From positions 60,886,001-60,950,000 of the forward strand of contig CM052817.1 of assembly GCA_028534125.1 (NCBI GenBank): a stretch of 64,000 bases of DNA. The letters are read 5' to 3'. Every line of letters starts with the position of its first letter. Within the stretch, counting starts at the first letter, position 1. Shown in pieces: positions 42,214-54,565 of this stretch. The notes below the pieces were generated by a model. It did no database searches. It saw only the letters and a list, made by a program, of their open reading frames with translations, and was not told the DNA's origin. The position numbers and the translations under genes were made by a program. The stretch comes from Lama glama (Eukaryota).

Positions 42214-44195
42214 TTAGGATCCAATAATTTGGAAGCATCCAGTTTCTAGAAATATTATCTAACACTGAGGAAAGAAATAGGATTAGTGTATGTTGATCAG
42301 AAAGATAAAAATACTTCTTTGTTACTCTCCTCTGTGTATTTGTGTTGTATTAAGGATTTGGTTTTTGTTTAAATAAAATGGCCGCATTAAACTTTCCTGG
42401 TAGCATTTAAGCAAGTATCGTGACTCCCCAGTCTTTCCTATTATCAAAGATATTTTTATGTTATTTATAGATTTTTGCATAAATATTCATAAATAGTAAC
42501 CCAGATACATAGGGGAAAACCCAAGAGACAAGGTAATTATAAAAGTTATCTTATTGTTATTCTCACTTTGTTAAAATTATCCTCTTATATTACTGTTAAA
42601 ATTTTGTCTTTTATTAATATTTGAATCATTCAGTCATTTCAGAAATCATTTTTCCTCTTTCTTTTAAGCTGTGAGCATAGAGACCAAAGTTAAAAGGACT
42701 TGTGGCAATGAGCTGGTTGATTTTGTTATCTAACTATGAAATATGTTGGAAAATGCTGAATGAATTCAGTGATATCACAAATTATTTTCCTGGGAGTTAA
42801 TAGGTAACGTCATTAGCACAAACACATAAATAGTACTTAATTACGTTTACTTAAATGAATCTAATTTAGTTGAAAATATCAACTGTTTGCTGGTCAAGTT
42901 GTTCCTACATCTATTATTCATTTAGAAACATTTTTAATTTATTATTCAGTTAGGAACTATTTTTCAATAGATCTAGCAATATACACACATGAGAATGAAC
43001 TCATTTATACAGAAGTAAACAATATATCTAATTAACAGAGATTGGTTTTCTAAATCAATAAAGCAAACCCAGTAATTACCAAATTTATAGTTAAGTTTGC
43101 TTTTCTAACTGTTTTGGTTTTATAAGTAAAATGCTTCTTTTAGAGATTTGGGTAAAAATTGAGTTTAACTATTATTTGAACATCTCAAGGTGATTAGTTT
43201 GTGTATATGTAAACAAAAACTAAACTGTTTTTCCTTATTTTCTGTTTTTTTTTATTTTCAGTTCCAAGTTCTAATTCAGTGACATAGTCCTGAAAGATTT
43301 GCCACTTAAAGTATAATATGTGAGTAAACAGAGATATTTTAAATAAAACATAACACTATTTTATTAAGTATTTTTAATTTATGAAAATAGAAATACTGAT
43401 ATGGGATGTAAAATAATTAACTCCTTCTCTCAAAACTTCCTCTGACTAATAGAGATAGTGCCTTCTAACAGCAGTTTTTACAACACTCAACGATTTCTTC
43501 CAACCTCATAAACAAGTAAACAGAGAGTTACAGCATTGCGCTGTACCACGTCATTTTGTATCAGGACCACGCGCCACTGAAGATCTTAGATACGCTGATG
43601 CCATAAGGCCCGTGCAACAGAAACAAACCAATTTAGAACTGCAGGGGGATTTGGTTAAACTAGCAAATATGCAAATATTGGTAGACATAGCTCAGGTTAA
43701 ATTACTCTTGTGGGCTCCATCCAGGATAAAAATCTCACCAAATGCCTACGTCGCAATTAAATTTCATTGTATGGATCCCTTTAAAATTACATGCATAGAC
43801 TATATTGCGTGTTTGCCCTTCTCTTGTGTGTTTTGATGCTTTTTTGGAAAAAGAAAACTGAGCTCCTGGCCTGAATCTTTCTGGCTGTCGCACAGGGGCT
43901 GTTTCAGATCCGTGTGCTGATGTTTCCGATTCCTGGGAAGTTCTCTTTGCCACAGGGCGTGCCCTGAAACACACATCAAAAGAACCAAGTTCTACAAAAG
44001 AAAAAAGAAACTCAAGTAGGCTTGAACATACAAAGAGAGGGAGAAAGAGATGAGAAAGGGGCCAGGCAGAGTGTTGAATACAAAATGAGTTCAAACAACC
44101 CCAGGAGCTCCTCATCACTTACATTTATCTTATTCTGGGAGAGCGCGTCAAAACCAGCCCTGACATAAACCACCCACTGCCATTGACTTTGACTC

Positions 44196-44228
<33 letters not shown>

Positions 44229-44229
44229 G
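44196..44229. repeat. Compound (TG)9(CG)4(TG)4 microsatellite
   Basis: 34 bp of uninterrupted purine-pyrimidine alternation. Confidence 0.92.
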
Positions 44230-46529
44230 ATGTGTATTGTACATAAAAAGGAACAGATTTCATGAGGTATCACTGTTACCTTACAAGAATTAAAAAGAAA
44301 ACACGTTAAAACACAAATTACCAAAGTCCCAAGGAAAATACCTTTAGCACGGTTTTCACTTAATTCGTCTATAATGTTTATATCGATGTCTTCTAAATGT
44401 GCATTGCTTTAACATCTCTGCCACAGTATTTATATCCTACCTTCTGTCCTTGTTGTCATAAAGCATGTGAGATTTTCTGTTTCTACTCAGAATATTTTGT
44501 ACATGTCTAATATTTCAGGGGCAAAACACTTGTTTAAATCTCTACAACAAGATAGATTCTGTAGGGTAAATTTTTTTAAAAAAGCAATTAAAATGTAAAT
44601 GTCCAAAAAACTGAAGGAATAAGGGAAATAGTTCCTGAGTCTATGCTAATTCCATCTTTGAAACTAATGCCCCCTAATTCTAATTCTCAGTTTTCTTTAG
44701 AAGTATTTCCAATTGATAAATTCTTCTGACAAATTTTACTATCCCACTGGAATTATGATCTTGAATGCACAAATTTTCTATAGATAGAAAGTGTAATGTC
44801 AGATCTAACTTAACTTAGTCCTGGGATGAAATGATCTTTAAATTTTGGTATTTCAGTGGTAAGTAAATTAATAGTGAATGGGAAAAAAAAGAGGTGGGGG
44901 GAAAGGGAGAGAGAGAGAGACTGTGCTATCAAAAAGACTTCTTACCAGCAAGATTTAGAAACATTCTATAAGGGGCACATTTAGAAATTCGGTACAAGTT
45001 TTGGTCATCAAGAATGACTATTAGAAAGAGTAGGTTCCAGACTGCTCCCTATGCATAAGAAGCTGTAACCTAATGTGCTGATACTGGTTTTCTAACACAG
45101 ATCAATTGAATAGCTGTGTGGGTCTACCAACATGATGTGATTCATTTTATTTTATGTTCACTTGAGCCTTTTCTAATTTCTGCTTTACTGTGTCTGTATG
45201 ACTTTAGTGTCTCTAAATTGTTTGTACACTGTCTTTCTAATATAATAATTATCATGTGTTGCTTTTGTTTGTTGATATTCAACATAAAAACTAAACTTAA
45301 AAAAAGATATTTGCAAAAGGTCATAAGCACATGTAGGTGGGTGTGTCAGGTTTTCTTAGCGGACTATGCCAAGCACGGCTCCGACAGCCTCGCTTGAACA
45401 AATCATCTCAGTCACCGGCAGTCTGAGACGAAAAGGTAGAATTCCTGTGCCCTGTTTACATGTGGCAGAATATGCAGCCATGATTACAGTGATCATTTAA
45501 ATTCATTCATAGATCTTTCCTCTGTTTCAGTTTTCTTCATTTTCTTAAGCAAATAAAACCATATGAAATTTCAAACAGTTTAGAGTTTGAGGCAATCGTG
45601 GGCTACTCAGACACACCAGTAATATTAAAATAAGAACATATGATTCCCCTTTTGTTTCTGCAATGAATTGTCCAGACAGACTGACCTGAGAGAGAGCTCA
45701 AGCAAGAGAGAGAAAAACAGAAGTGACAAAGAAAAATCAAACGTGTGTTGCAATTCTGAATTATGATCATCCTGATCCAAGTTTTTCTCTTTAAAATCAG
45801 CCCTTTCTCAAATGTATCAGTCAAAGTTACTATTTGATTTTTCTGTGGTTGATTTTTTTCCTTTTTGCATAACTTGTTTGTGATTAGCATTTAAACCACC
45901 ACAGAGTGTAAACACAACAATGGAAAAAGCAGACAGAAGACTTTCCTAAATATTAAAAAAGAAGGCAACATAAAACACTAACCCACCACGTCGCATCCAG
46001 TCCCCAGGGGTTGGATGTGATGTTTCCGGGCAAACAGTCCCTAAAGCCTCAGTGAGGTGGTCTATGTCAACAGGAAGAAAAGCACATCACAGCCTCGGTG
46101 TGGCCCTCAGAATCCTGCAGGTCAAATAACTCACTCTGACTGCAGCCTTTATAAGCCTGAAGGGCAAGCTTGTGCACCACGTTGCCCCTGGGCATGAAGG
46201 CATCCTTAGCAGCAGCGACTCGCCTTCAGGTCACATTTCAGGTGTGTCCCCACTAGGCATTTCCTGGCGAGGTGTCCTGTCCTCACAGAAGGAAGTCCTC
46301 TTCACACGACTGATGGGGCCATGTTTCAAACAATACACTAATAGACCATTTGGAAAACTGACCATTTATTAAATCAAGATCAAAGCTGTTGGAAACATGT
46401 GGATCTTTTCCAATGATATATTTCACCATCATCTTAAAATTCAGATATCCCAGTCCCATCTCTTTTCTTCTAATGTTTCTGTCAAAAGAACAAACATCCA
46501 TCTCGTCTCCAGAGGTGACTGGGGCTGAG

Positions 46530-46769
46530 AACATAATCTCTGTGGCAGGACAGACCTCATTCTGGTCCTGACTCTGCTCCTTACTAACAGTGTGACTTTG
46601 AACAAATGCCTAAAGCTGTCTGATCTATTTCCTTCTTGGTAGAACGGAGATGGTAATAGTTTCCATCTCACAAAATTGCTGCAGGTAATAAATGAGACTG
46701 AAGTAGAGACTAAACTAACATGCCTGGTAGAACCTGTAATAATCATCCAATAAATGTTAGCTATTATTA
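46530..46769 (+). mobile_element. MIR SINE
   Basis: tcctgactctgctccttactaacagtgtgactttgaacaaatg..atgcctggtag..caataaatgttagctattatta. Confidence 0.7.
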
Positions 46770-47929
46770 GACTTAAAAAATAACCTTTCACTTACACTTC
46801 TTGCTCCTGGTCAGCCAGCTTCAGAGACCTACCCTCTTGGCATTTGCGCCTTTTCCCCTTACATTTTCAGAGCTTTTGTTCTAGACCCTTACCTCCTTGT
46901 AACTAGACTGCTTTAACAATCATTTCAATGGATCCCCTGGCCCAGTTTTACTTCAGTCCAACCTGTATATTGCTGACAATTTGATTTATCATAAATAATG
47001 TTTTCTGCCTACTTCTGTTAAAAATCTTTGTTGATTTCCTCTTTCCTAATCCTCTGCCTGGTTTTCAAGAGCACACTACACATTCCAATTCTGCTCATTA
47101 TTCCCTGATGCAACATTTAGTTCTGTGTAGACAATTTTCTGCCATCTAATGTTTTCACTGATTCCCTCACATATTCAAAAAAGATTTATGGGGAGCCTAC
47201 CACGGACCCAATGCTAAGGATAAAAAGATATTAGTTTCCAAGGATAGGAATATAAATAAAATATTCTCCCTGCCATCAATTAGATTATCAAAGACAACAA
47301 ACAATTAAGCAACTCCTTATAATATACCAGGTAAGAACTCTAAAGTATAGAAGAATTAGGAAAAAAAAAACACCTAAACTGATATATAGCATTCTGTCCT
47401 TGGGTGGGAAAGCCTCAAGATATATTAGAATTAAATGATTACGGTGTAACAGAGTATCATTTGCCACACTACTTCATGCTTCTAGGAGCCATAGGGCCCT
47501 GCAAGTTTGTGTATTCTTGCCTTCAAGTAAAATTGCCCTCAACTTGTCAAAATGCTAGCTATCCCCCAAAACCGGTCTCACCTCCTCCACGATTTCTTCC
47601 TCCATTATTGCAATACTTGAGCTTCCTCCCGAAGTGTTCTATCTACTAGCCTGCATCATTCAACTTAGCACTTGGTTGTATGGCGTCTCCAAGTGTTTGA
47701 TACTGTTTTGTGTGTCACAGACTCATCTCCCTAGCCAGATTCTGAGCCTATTAAGGGCAGAATTCGTGTTTGATGCACGTACATTTCCTGTTGTCCAAAG
47801 AACCCAACTTCATTCTAAGACAACTGTAGTAATAAATAATTAGTAAGTGATTTACTAAAATAAATTTACTAATTTATTTCCCTTTGATGGGGAAAACGTG
47901 TCTTTTAAAAATGAGTATTTTGTTTTACA

Positions 47930-48200
47930 TTTTCACTAAAATATGTTCTGTGCAGCACCAGTTCTACAAAATGCTGATAAAAATCCTCAAATACTTAACT
48001 CCATGTAGCAATGTTGGGGACATACTGAGTTAAACATCATTGAATAAGATTATTTACTACAAGACTTTCTACAGACTGTAAAATTTGTATAATTTAAGTC
48101 TTCAAAAGAGGTAGATATTATGCAGTGTTCCCAAATCTGCTTAATGACAAAACCCATTTCATGGAATTAGTGTTCACAGAGCTCACTTTGGGAAATGTCT
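47930..48200. mobile_element. MER103-like hAT-Charlie element
   Basis: actgagttaaaca..cagtgttcccaaatctgcttaatgac..cactttgggaaatg, with the same layout as the 15.4 kb copy. Confidence 0.5.
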
Positions 48201-50152
48201 TCTAAAGTGTTTGGAGCTGATTTCCATTTGCCCATTTGCATTGCTGAAATAACAGGTCATTTAATTCAATTAACTGGTAAGTGTTATCAATCCACTAACA
48301 GCTTTTAGAAACACTTGGGCTTCTCTGAATTCTATAGCATTAGCAAAGATTTTGATAAACCAAAAAGTTGGGACATAGAGTGAAGGATCACACTGATCCT
48401 TAATGCTGGCCAAAGTTAAGCTTCACAATCTATGCCTAGGTCTCCTGCTGTTGATCTAGATTTTTAAGATTATGTTATTTAATGGCTAAATTATGACATC
48501 TACCCCTTGGGTTTTGAGAAAGAAGGAAGTTCCTTATTTACGAGCACATACTTACAAGGGTAATTAGAGGTTACAACTTTAATAGGATTTCTCTATTTGT
48601 CATTAATTATTAGTGTTTTAAAGCTTATGCATGTTGTGAAACTAACAATTAAAAGTCAAGGTCAGAGACTCAAGACCTGAGCAGACAGGCTCCGGGGTAT
48701 TGCATGTGACAGTGTAGCAAGACCAGTCTGACTCTGCTGGCTCTCCACTTGAGGGTGACGGCGAGTTTATTTTCTGGTGAAGATACCCAAGGCCTTATCT
48801 AGTGTAACTACTGATGTGCCCTCATCCAGATCTGGCTGGACTCCCAGGCCCTCCCTAAAAAAGATTCTACTGAACCAGCAGGCAATATACTCTGCTTTCT
48901 TATGGCTGCCTGAGGTCCAGAAAACCTACGATGCCCTACATGGGAGGTATGCAATGGCTGTCATCATGCTCCATTTTGTTACCAATGGACCTTTAAAGTG
49001 GAGCCAATGTCTTATAAGTAGTGGCAGGACAGTAGAAAGCCAAACTTTATCTGAAATCCACCTTGATGAGACCTTATGCTTTATTTTCCCACAGGCTTCA
49101 TCCCTGCAGAATGAAACTACGACATCTGAAAGAAGGAATACTTGGCCATTAAGGCCATGTTTGAAATTTGGCCCCAGTACCTGGAGAAGCCAGGCATCCA
49201 GTCATGGCCTGCACCAATCATCACAACTGGGAGGACCTCTGGATGACCCATAGCCTCCAGCAACACCAGAGCCACTGATCTCTTTCCCACCTATTGGTTT
49301 CAGGAGCCACTCGATCCTGAGTGCCCAAAACTGGTGAGCTGATGTATCATATCCTAAGTTAAGAATTCTTAGTCAGTTCAAGACAGTTGAACTCACCAGG
49401 CTGTGACACCCAAAAATCTTTGCTGTAGTCCACTCGTAGAAGGCAGCAATGGGACTGCTGCTTTCAGCCACAGGTCATGGGTCCTCCCGGGGTCTTGGAG
49501 GGATGCTTCCATGCAGTGGACTTCCTCCCTGTGTGTCCTTGTCAGGAGCACTCACGCTGAGGTCCAAGCCTGAACCGCGGCAGCTTGGTCCTCCAGCTTC
49601 CACCTGTTCAAGGTTCAACACAGTCTCAACTGTGGGTCTTGGGACTTCTGATGGCCAAGTGCCAAGAAGACGTGGAGGACCAAGGAGAGTGTGCCTTGGC
49701 CGAATTGAACCAGAAAGAGACAGAGGCCTCTCCCCACCTTTACTGAGCCACTGGTGATTGTGATTAACCATCTTTGGAGAATTTGATCACAGAGCACCCT
49801 CCATATTACTAAAACAATGTTATCTGCCTATTTACCAAAATGATCCACCATGACAGGAGACTTGCCTTTATCCCAAGTGGCCATCAAAACCCTACATTCT
49901 GCATGGATTCCTGACTAACGTAGCGCTACCAGTTTGAATCCACATCTAGTAAATTTGTCATCGTAGACAAAGATCACTTGGATCACGAGATTACACCCTG
50001 GAATAACAGTGCCTGTGTACACTACCCACCCTCAAAATAACTGAGCTTTCCCTGTATCCAGTTCCACATTCATCTGTAATACCTCTTCCATGCCAATCCA
50101 TCTCTTACAAGTACAATATGGAAGCATCCCATGAAACACCCTTTTCCCCCAT

Positions 50153-50310
50153 GAATTCAACCCATTTTTATCAAGGACCTGTTATGTGCCCAGAACTGGA
50201 ATAAGTTCCAAGAATACAATGATGAATATGTCACAGTGCTTGCTCCTAAGATGTTTACGTTCCAGTGGGGAAGTCAGACAATTAAACAGTATGACGATGC
50301 TACAGCAGTG
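50153..50310 (-). mobile_element. L2 LINE 3' end inserted in the Gypsy integrase
   Basis: ttcaacccatttttatcaaggacctgttatgtgcccag..tgctcctaagatgtttacgttccagtggggaag is an antisense L2 tail. Confidence 0.65.
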
Positions 50311-50615
50311 TCATGGTGGCCACGAGAATTCCCTCATCTCTGTTCTTTGACCACCCAGGAAGCTCCTAGTTGCCCAGGCTGACTCAGATGGTCTAATATG
50401 CCAAAGCAACCCACAAGATTCAAGCCAACAAGCAGCAGCCCCCTGGGGAACCCCTGAAAGTGGTGATCCTATGGATGCTGGTTTCTAATGTATTCTTTCT
50501 AAACCACCTGACTTTTCAACAAGTTAGGTGCTCACTTACTAAGCGCCTTCCCCATTGTGTCATCAGACTGGTAGCCCTCAGGTTGTAGCTGCTCATAGGT
50601 GGAATCAAGCTGCGA

Positions 50616-50800
50616 TGTTGGAAGACGTGGCTTCGAGTTTGGGTCCTGGCACTTATCATGACTGTGGGCAAATTACTTAAGCTCTCTAGTCTCTGGTGTC
50701 TTTCTCTGCAAAATGAAATTGAAAACATTATATACTATGCCTACCTCACAGGGTTGTTGTGAGACTCAAGTGAAAATGTATGTGAAAGCACTTTGTAACT
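50616..50800 (+). mobile_element. MIR SINE inserted in the Gypsy integrase C-terminal region
   Basis: tgactgtgggcaaattacttaagctctct..tgcaaaatg..cctacctcacagggttgttgtgagactcaagtgaaaatgtatgtgaaagcactttgtaact. Confidence 0.8.
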
Positions 50801-53800
50801 TTGTTATTTTTAATCACCCCATTGTCCACGGGTTCTTCCTGCTCCCTACCAGATATAATATAATTTATTTCATGTACTCTTACCCGCCTCACACAAGTGA
50901 ATGGTACAGAGAAGATAAAGTCCATGCCCTCCTGGATATCTGGTTTCAGTGTAAGAATACTGATGCCTCACAAGGTGACAAGGATATAATCCAGAAGGTC
51001 AATGCCAGGGCTCTACTGCCACATAGACATCCCACCATTAACGCACCACTAGACCTGGACACCAGTCAGCCCTCTCAATGGAAGGCTCTCCCCATGGCCC
51101 ATAGCAGAGACCCCACTCTCAGTCCCAGAGAACCAACCAGACAGCAATGAGACAGGAAGTCACCTGGGATCTGGCTGCCAAAGGAAACACCAGGCACTCC
51201 AATGGAGAGCGTGCCTCCTAAGACAGAGTGAGAAGGCTTGGCTAAAGGACATACTGACCCAGTTAAACAAAACATAAGCCATCCCTGACTGCCTGACCTA
51301 TTATAGTTGGGCTAGCAAAGGAAAATTCTAGACATTCATTTAAAGCAAAGATTTGGTGACACATTCCTTCTCTAAGCACATTATCTCCCTGAGACCAACC
51401 CTGCTCTTACCTCTCTGACTTTGACTTGTCTACTCCTTGTCTGTGTAACAGACCTGTGGTAAGGTGCGTTCCTGGCTTACAAGTCTCTTACGTCCCCCTG
51501 ACACACACACGGACACACACACCCCAGGGAGGAATCCACCCGAATTTCCCATCGTACTCACGTGGCCAAGCCCTAGCCTGGCCTTCCATTTCTGGTGATT
51601 TAAAATGGATTTTGGACTGGCTGATCTAATGTGTGTTCAGTCTCACTGGAGTGGTGAGAACAGTGAGCAACCCCAGGTTGAAATGCCGACTCTGTTTCAG
51701 TCCTGAGTAGATGTTTGAACAGAGCGGCTATGGCGCCATTGATGCCTAGCAATCCTTTAAGGAGAAAACAAAATATTTTGTCTTTCTACACAGAATATAC
51801 CAGCTTCTTCAGAATTTAAGAACATATCAGCATGCACCTCCAGGAACAGCATAAGGGTTCTATAAAAGATCTCTCAAGTGAAGGGAATGATGACTATATA
51901 CCAAAAGAGCTGGTAGGACTGGCGTCCCGGAAGCTCTGGAGTGGGATCTTACTCTAAAATAGAAAATTGCCACTATAACCCATTCCTCACGTTCCCAGGG
52001 CGAGGAAAGAGGATGTAAGAAAAAATACTGACTTAATGTTTATAACAATTTCCAAAATATTTTAAAATGGTATAGAAAATAATTCACAGTCTCTCCCTTG
52101 CTACATATCAAAAGAACTGAATCGAATATACCAACTCAGTGAACTGAGAAATTCACAAGTGTTTTCTTCAGGTATAACTTTAAAATTTTATTCTAAGACC
52201 TAAAAAAAATAAAAAACAATTAAAACAGTGTCTTAGAGTTTAGAATCACCACTTGCTGTGGGAAGGGAGCCAGAGAGACTCAAGAGTCCCAGCCACCCAA
52301 GGTCAGAGGCACTGAGCCAAAGGACTCAGCAAAGAGCAGGTCCGCGCCAGGAAGAAAAGCTGTTGCTGAAATGACCGACCAGGCATATGAAATAAGATGA
52401 TCTTCAGGTCATGCTAACTGAGAAAGAAGAATAAACTGATCCAAATTGGGAAGCAGATTAAGACGTTGGAATAGGTATCAGGACAAATACAACTGGGCAG
52501 GAAAGGGAGTCACCCCCAGCCACACGATGTTTGTCTTACAGCAGCCTTTCTTGTGAGTTGCAGTATTACATCCTAGCTTCTTTTTCAGAAGTGAAAGCCC
52601 CAGTATCTCCGACGTCACTTACACAGCCAGCCCCCAATAAAAAGCCCTTCCTGACCTACAGACGCACCTTTTACGATCTTACTTGATACAATTTTCTTTT
52701 GCAGACATTTTTAATTTTTAATAAATCTTCGATAAATTATTTCATCAATAAAAATTTGTCAATAAATAATTTCCCTAGTTGAATTCTAACTCCTCCTTTG
52801 GTGATTAACAATTGGTAATAAAAATAAATGACTCTAATTAAGAGTTTGCCTGCCCTTGCACGCCCAAGGCTCTGCGAAATGGGAAGGATAGTCCCCCTTA
52901 CAGATCACACGTGCGTGAACTAGAAACAATGATGGCCAAATACCAGGCCAGGTAGCCAAGGGGATGTCTGATGGTGACACACGGTGAGTGTTCCAATTAA
53001 CCTTAACCTACAGATTGTACCTCTGTCAGAGGCGATCTGCTCTCTCACTGCCACATCAGGATGCAGACACTGTGGGACACAGTGAGTGAGACACAGACAC
53101 ACAGCATAGAAAAGAATAATGCAGGTGGCTTCTTGCAGAAAGAGGTATCTGAATGCAGAGACCAGCCTCTCCCCATAGCTGGCAGAAATGCCAGCCTTTT
53201 CAGAGAACTCACACTAGAAGTTCCAGCAGCAGATGGAACCGTGCCAGCAGACACAATGGAGGGGAGAGAGTGGGGAAGTTTCTGTAATTAAAGACTGAAC
53301 CTTTAACACTTTCAAATAGGCTAAGAACTCTCTACTATTGGCAAAAGGATGGATTTTTTTTCCCAAAAGAATTGTTCTTACTGGATCTGGTAAGGCATGA
53401 ATACGTGTGGGAAATAAAGGAAGTCAGTGCCTTACAGCCCTTGAGTTAAGACTGAAGAAGGTAATCTGAATGGCACCGAGAGAGAGACCACAAGCCCCCC
53501 AGCAGGGGACTGGAGGTTACCACAGAGGAGTATGCTGTGTGTCCTTTCCAACACGCTGTGTACATATTTACACTTAAACTGTACATTGCAATTGGCTGTT
53601 GTCTTTTGTGTGAGTTCAGTTCTTCTCTATTGAATTTTTCCATGGTCTTTTTAAAGTCCAGAATTTGTAAAGAACTATTCAAATTTAACAGAGTACCTGT
53701 TAATACCTGAGCCAGGTACTGATAGTTACCATCAATATTCTAGAATGACCTAGATTCTAATTACTTAATAAAATTTATTTCAAACAGAATGTATACAAAC

Positions 53801-54004
53801 CACACCAGGAAGATGTGATACAATCTCTGTCACAACGGCCCCTAGGGTAAATATAATCCCAAGTCCCCCGTCTTCCCCAAACAAAACTAAATTTCTGTAA
53901 ACTGAAAATCTACACAGAGAGTACTGTTTTTTTAACTAGATCAAAACTTGGCAGCAACTAAACCATTCTTTGAAGGAACTAGTAAAGTTAAACTCCTTGA
54001 AGGC

Positions 54005-54565
54005 ATCCATTCTTTCACTTTCCGTAGGTCGAGCGCCATCCATATTCGAGACACCGAGTTAAGCAGTGGAAATCACATGGTGAGAAAAATCCTGGAGTTC
54101 ACACTCCAGGATCAGAGAAAGACATTAAGCAAATAATTATATCAATGAATGTGTAATTACCAACTGAGATTAATTCCCTGAAGAAAAGGAATGAGATACA
54201 ATGAGAGAGTGTGAAAAAGACATCTGACCTAGTTTAGAAGGTTTACTGGAAGTAAAAGGCTTGTGCGGAAGTGAGAAGGATGAGTAGAAGCTGGGAGAGT
54301 AGGGGTGGGGAGGATGGAACATAACAGGCAGAGAGGCCAGCAAGCATCCTTCAGTGACAGAAAGCAGAGCTCACCTGAGAACTAAAAGCCAATGTGGCTG
54401 AATGAACTGAAAACAAGTCCAGGGGACTGGAGACCTGAACCTAAAGGTAAGGAGGTGGGGGGAGAGAAACAGCTGGGTAGGAACCACCCTAGGCAGTGTC
54501 TTAGAAGCCACACTAAGGAACTTGGTCTTCAGCCTGAGAGAACCTAGAAGCCCTTGTAGGTTCTG
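54005..54565 (-). mobile_element. L2 LINE fragment
   Basis: catccattctttc..cctggagttcacactccag..gaaggatgagtagaagct..gccacactaaggaacttggtctt. Confidence 0.6.

Larger units (their letters stand above)
48690..51060 (+). mobile_element. Decayed Ty3/Gypsy chromovirus-like retrotransposon pol (RT end, RNase H, integrase, chromodomain), interrupted by L2 and MIR
   Basis: Manual multi-frame translation gives collinear motifs: EDTQGLI*CNY*CALI (48779), FLWLPEVQKTYDAL (48897), PAE*NYDI*KKEYLAIKAMFEIWPQYLE (49103), ARHPVMACTNHHNWEDL..QSH*SL (49189), SWDF*WP..QEDVED (49637), LFTKMIH (49828), NKLGAHLLSAFPI (50518), HPIVHGFFLLP (50815), EDKVHALLD (50911) and LTR*QGYNPE (50967). Confidence 0.8.

Noticed and set aside
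48777..49253. 158-aa ORF as a domesticated RTL/SIRH-like gene
   Set aside because: Only part of it (FLWLPEVQKTYDAL) is in the Gypsy frame. The RNase H core lies in other frames with several stops, so it is a chance open frame over a fossil.
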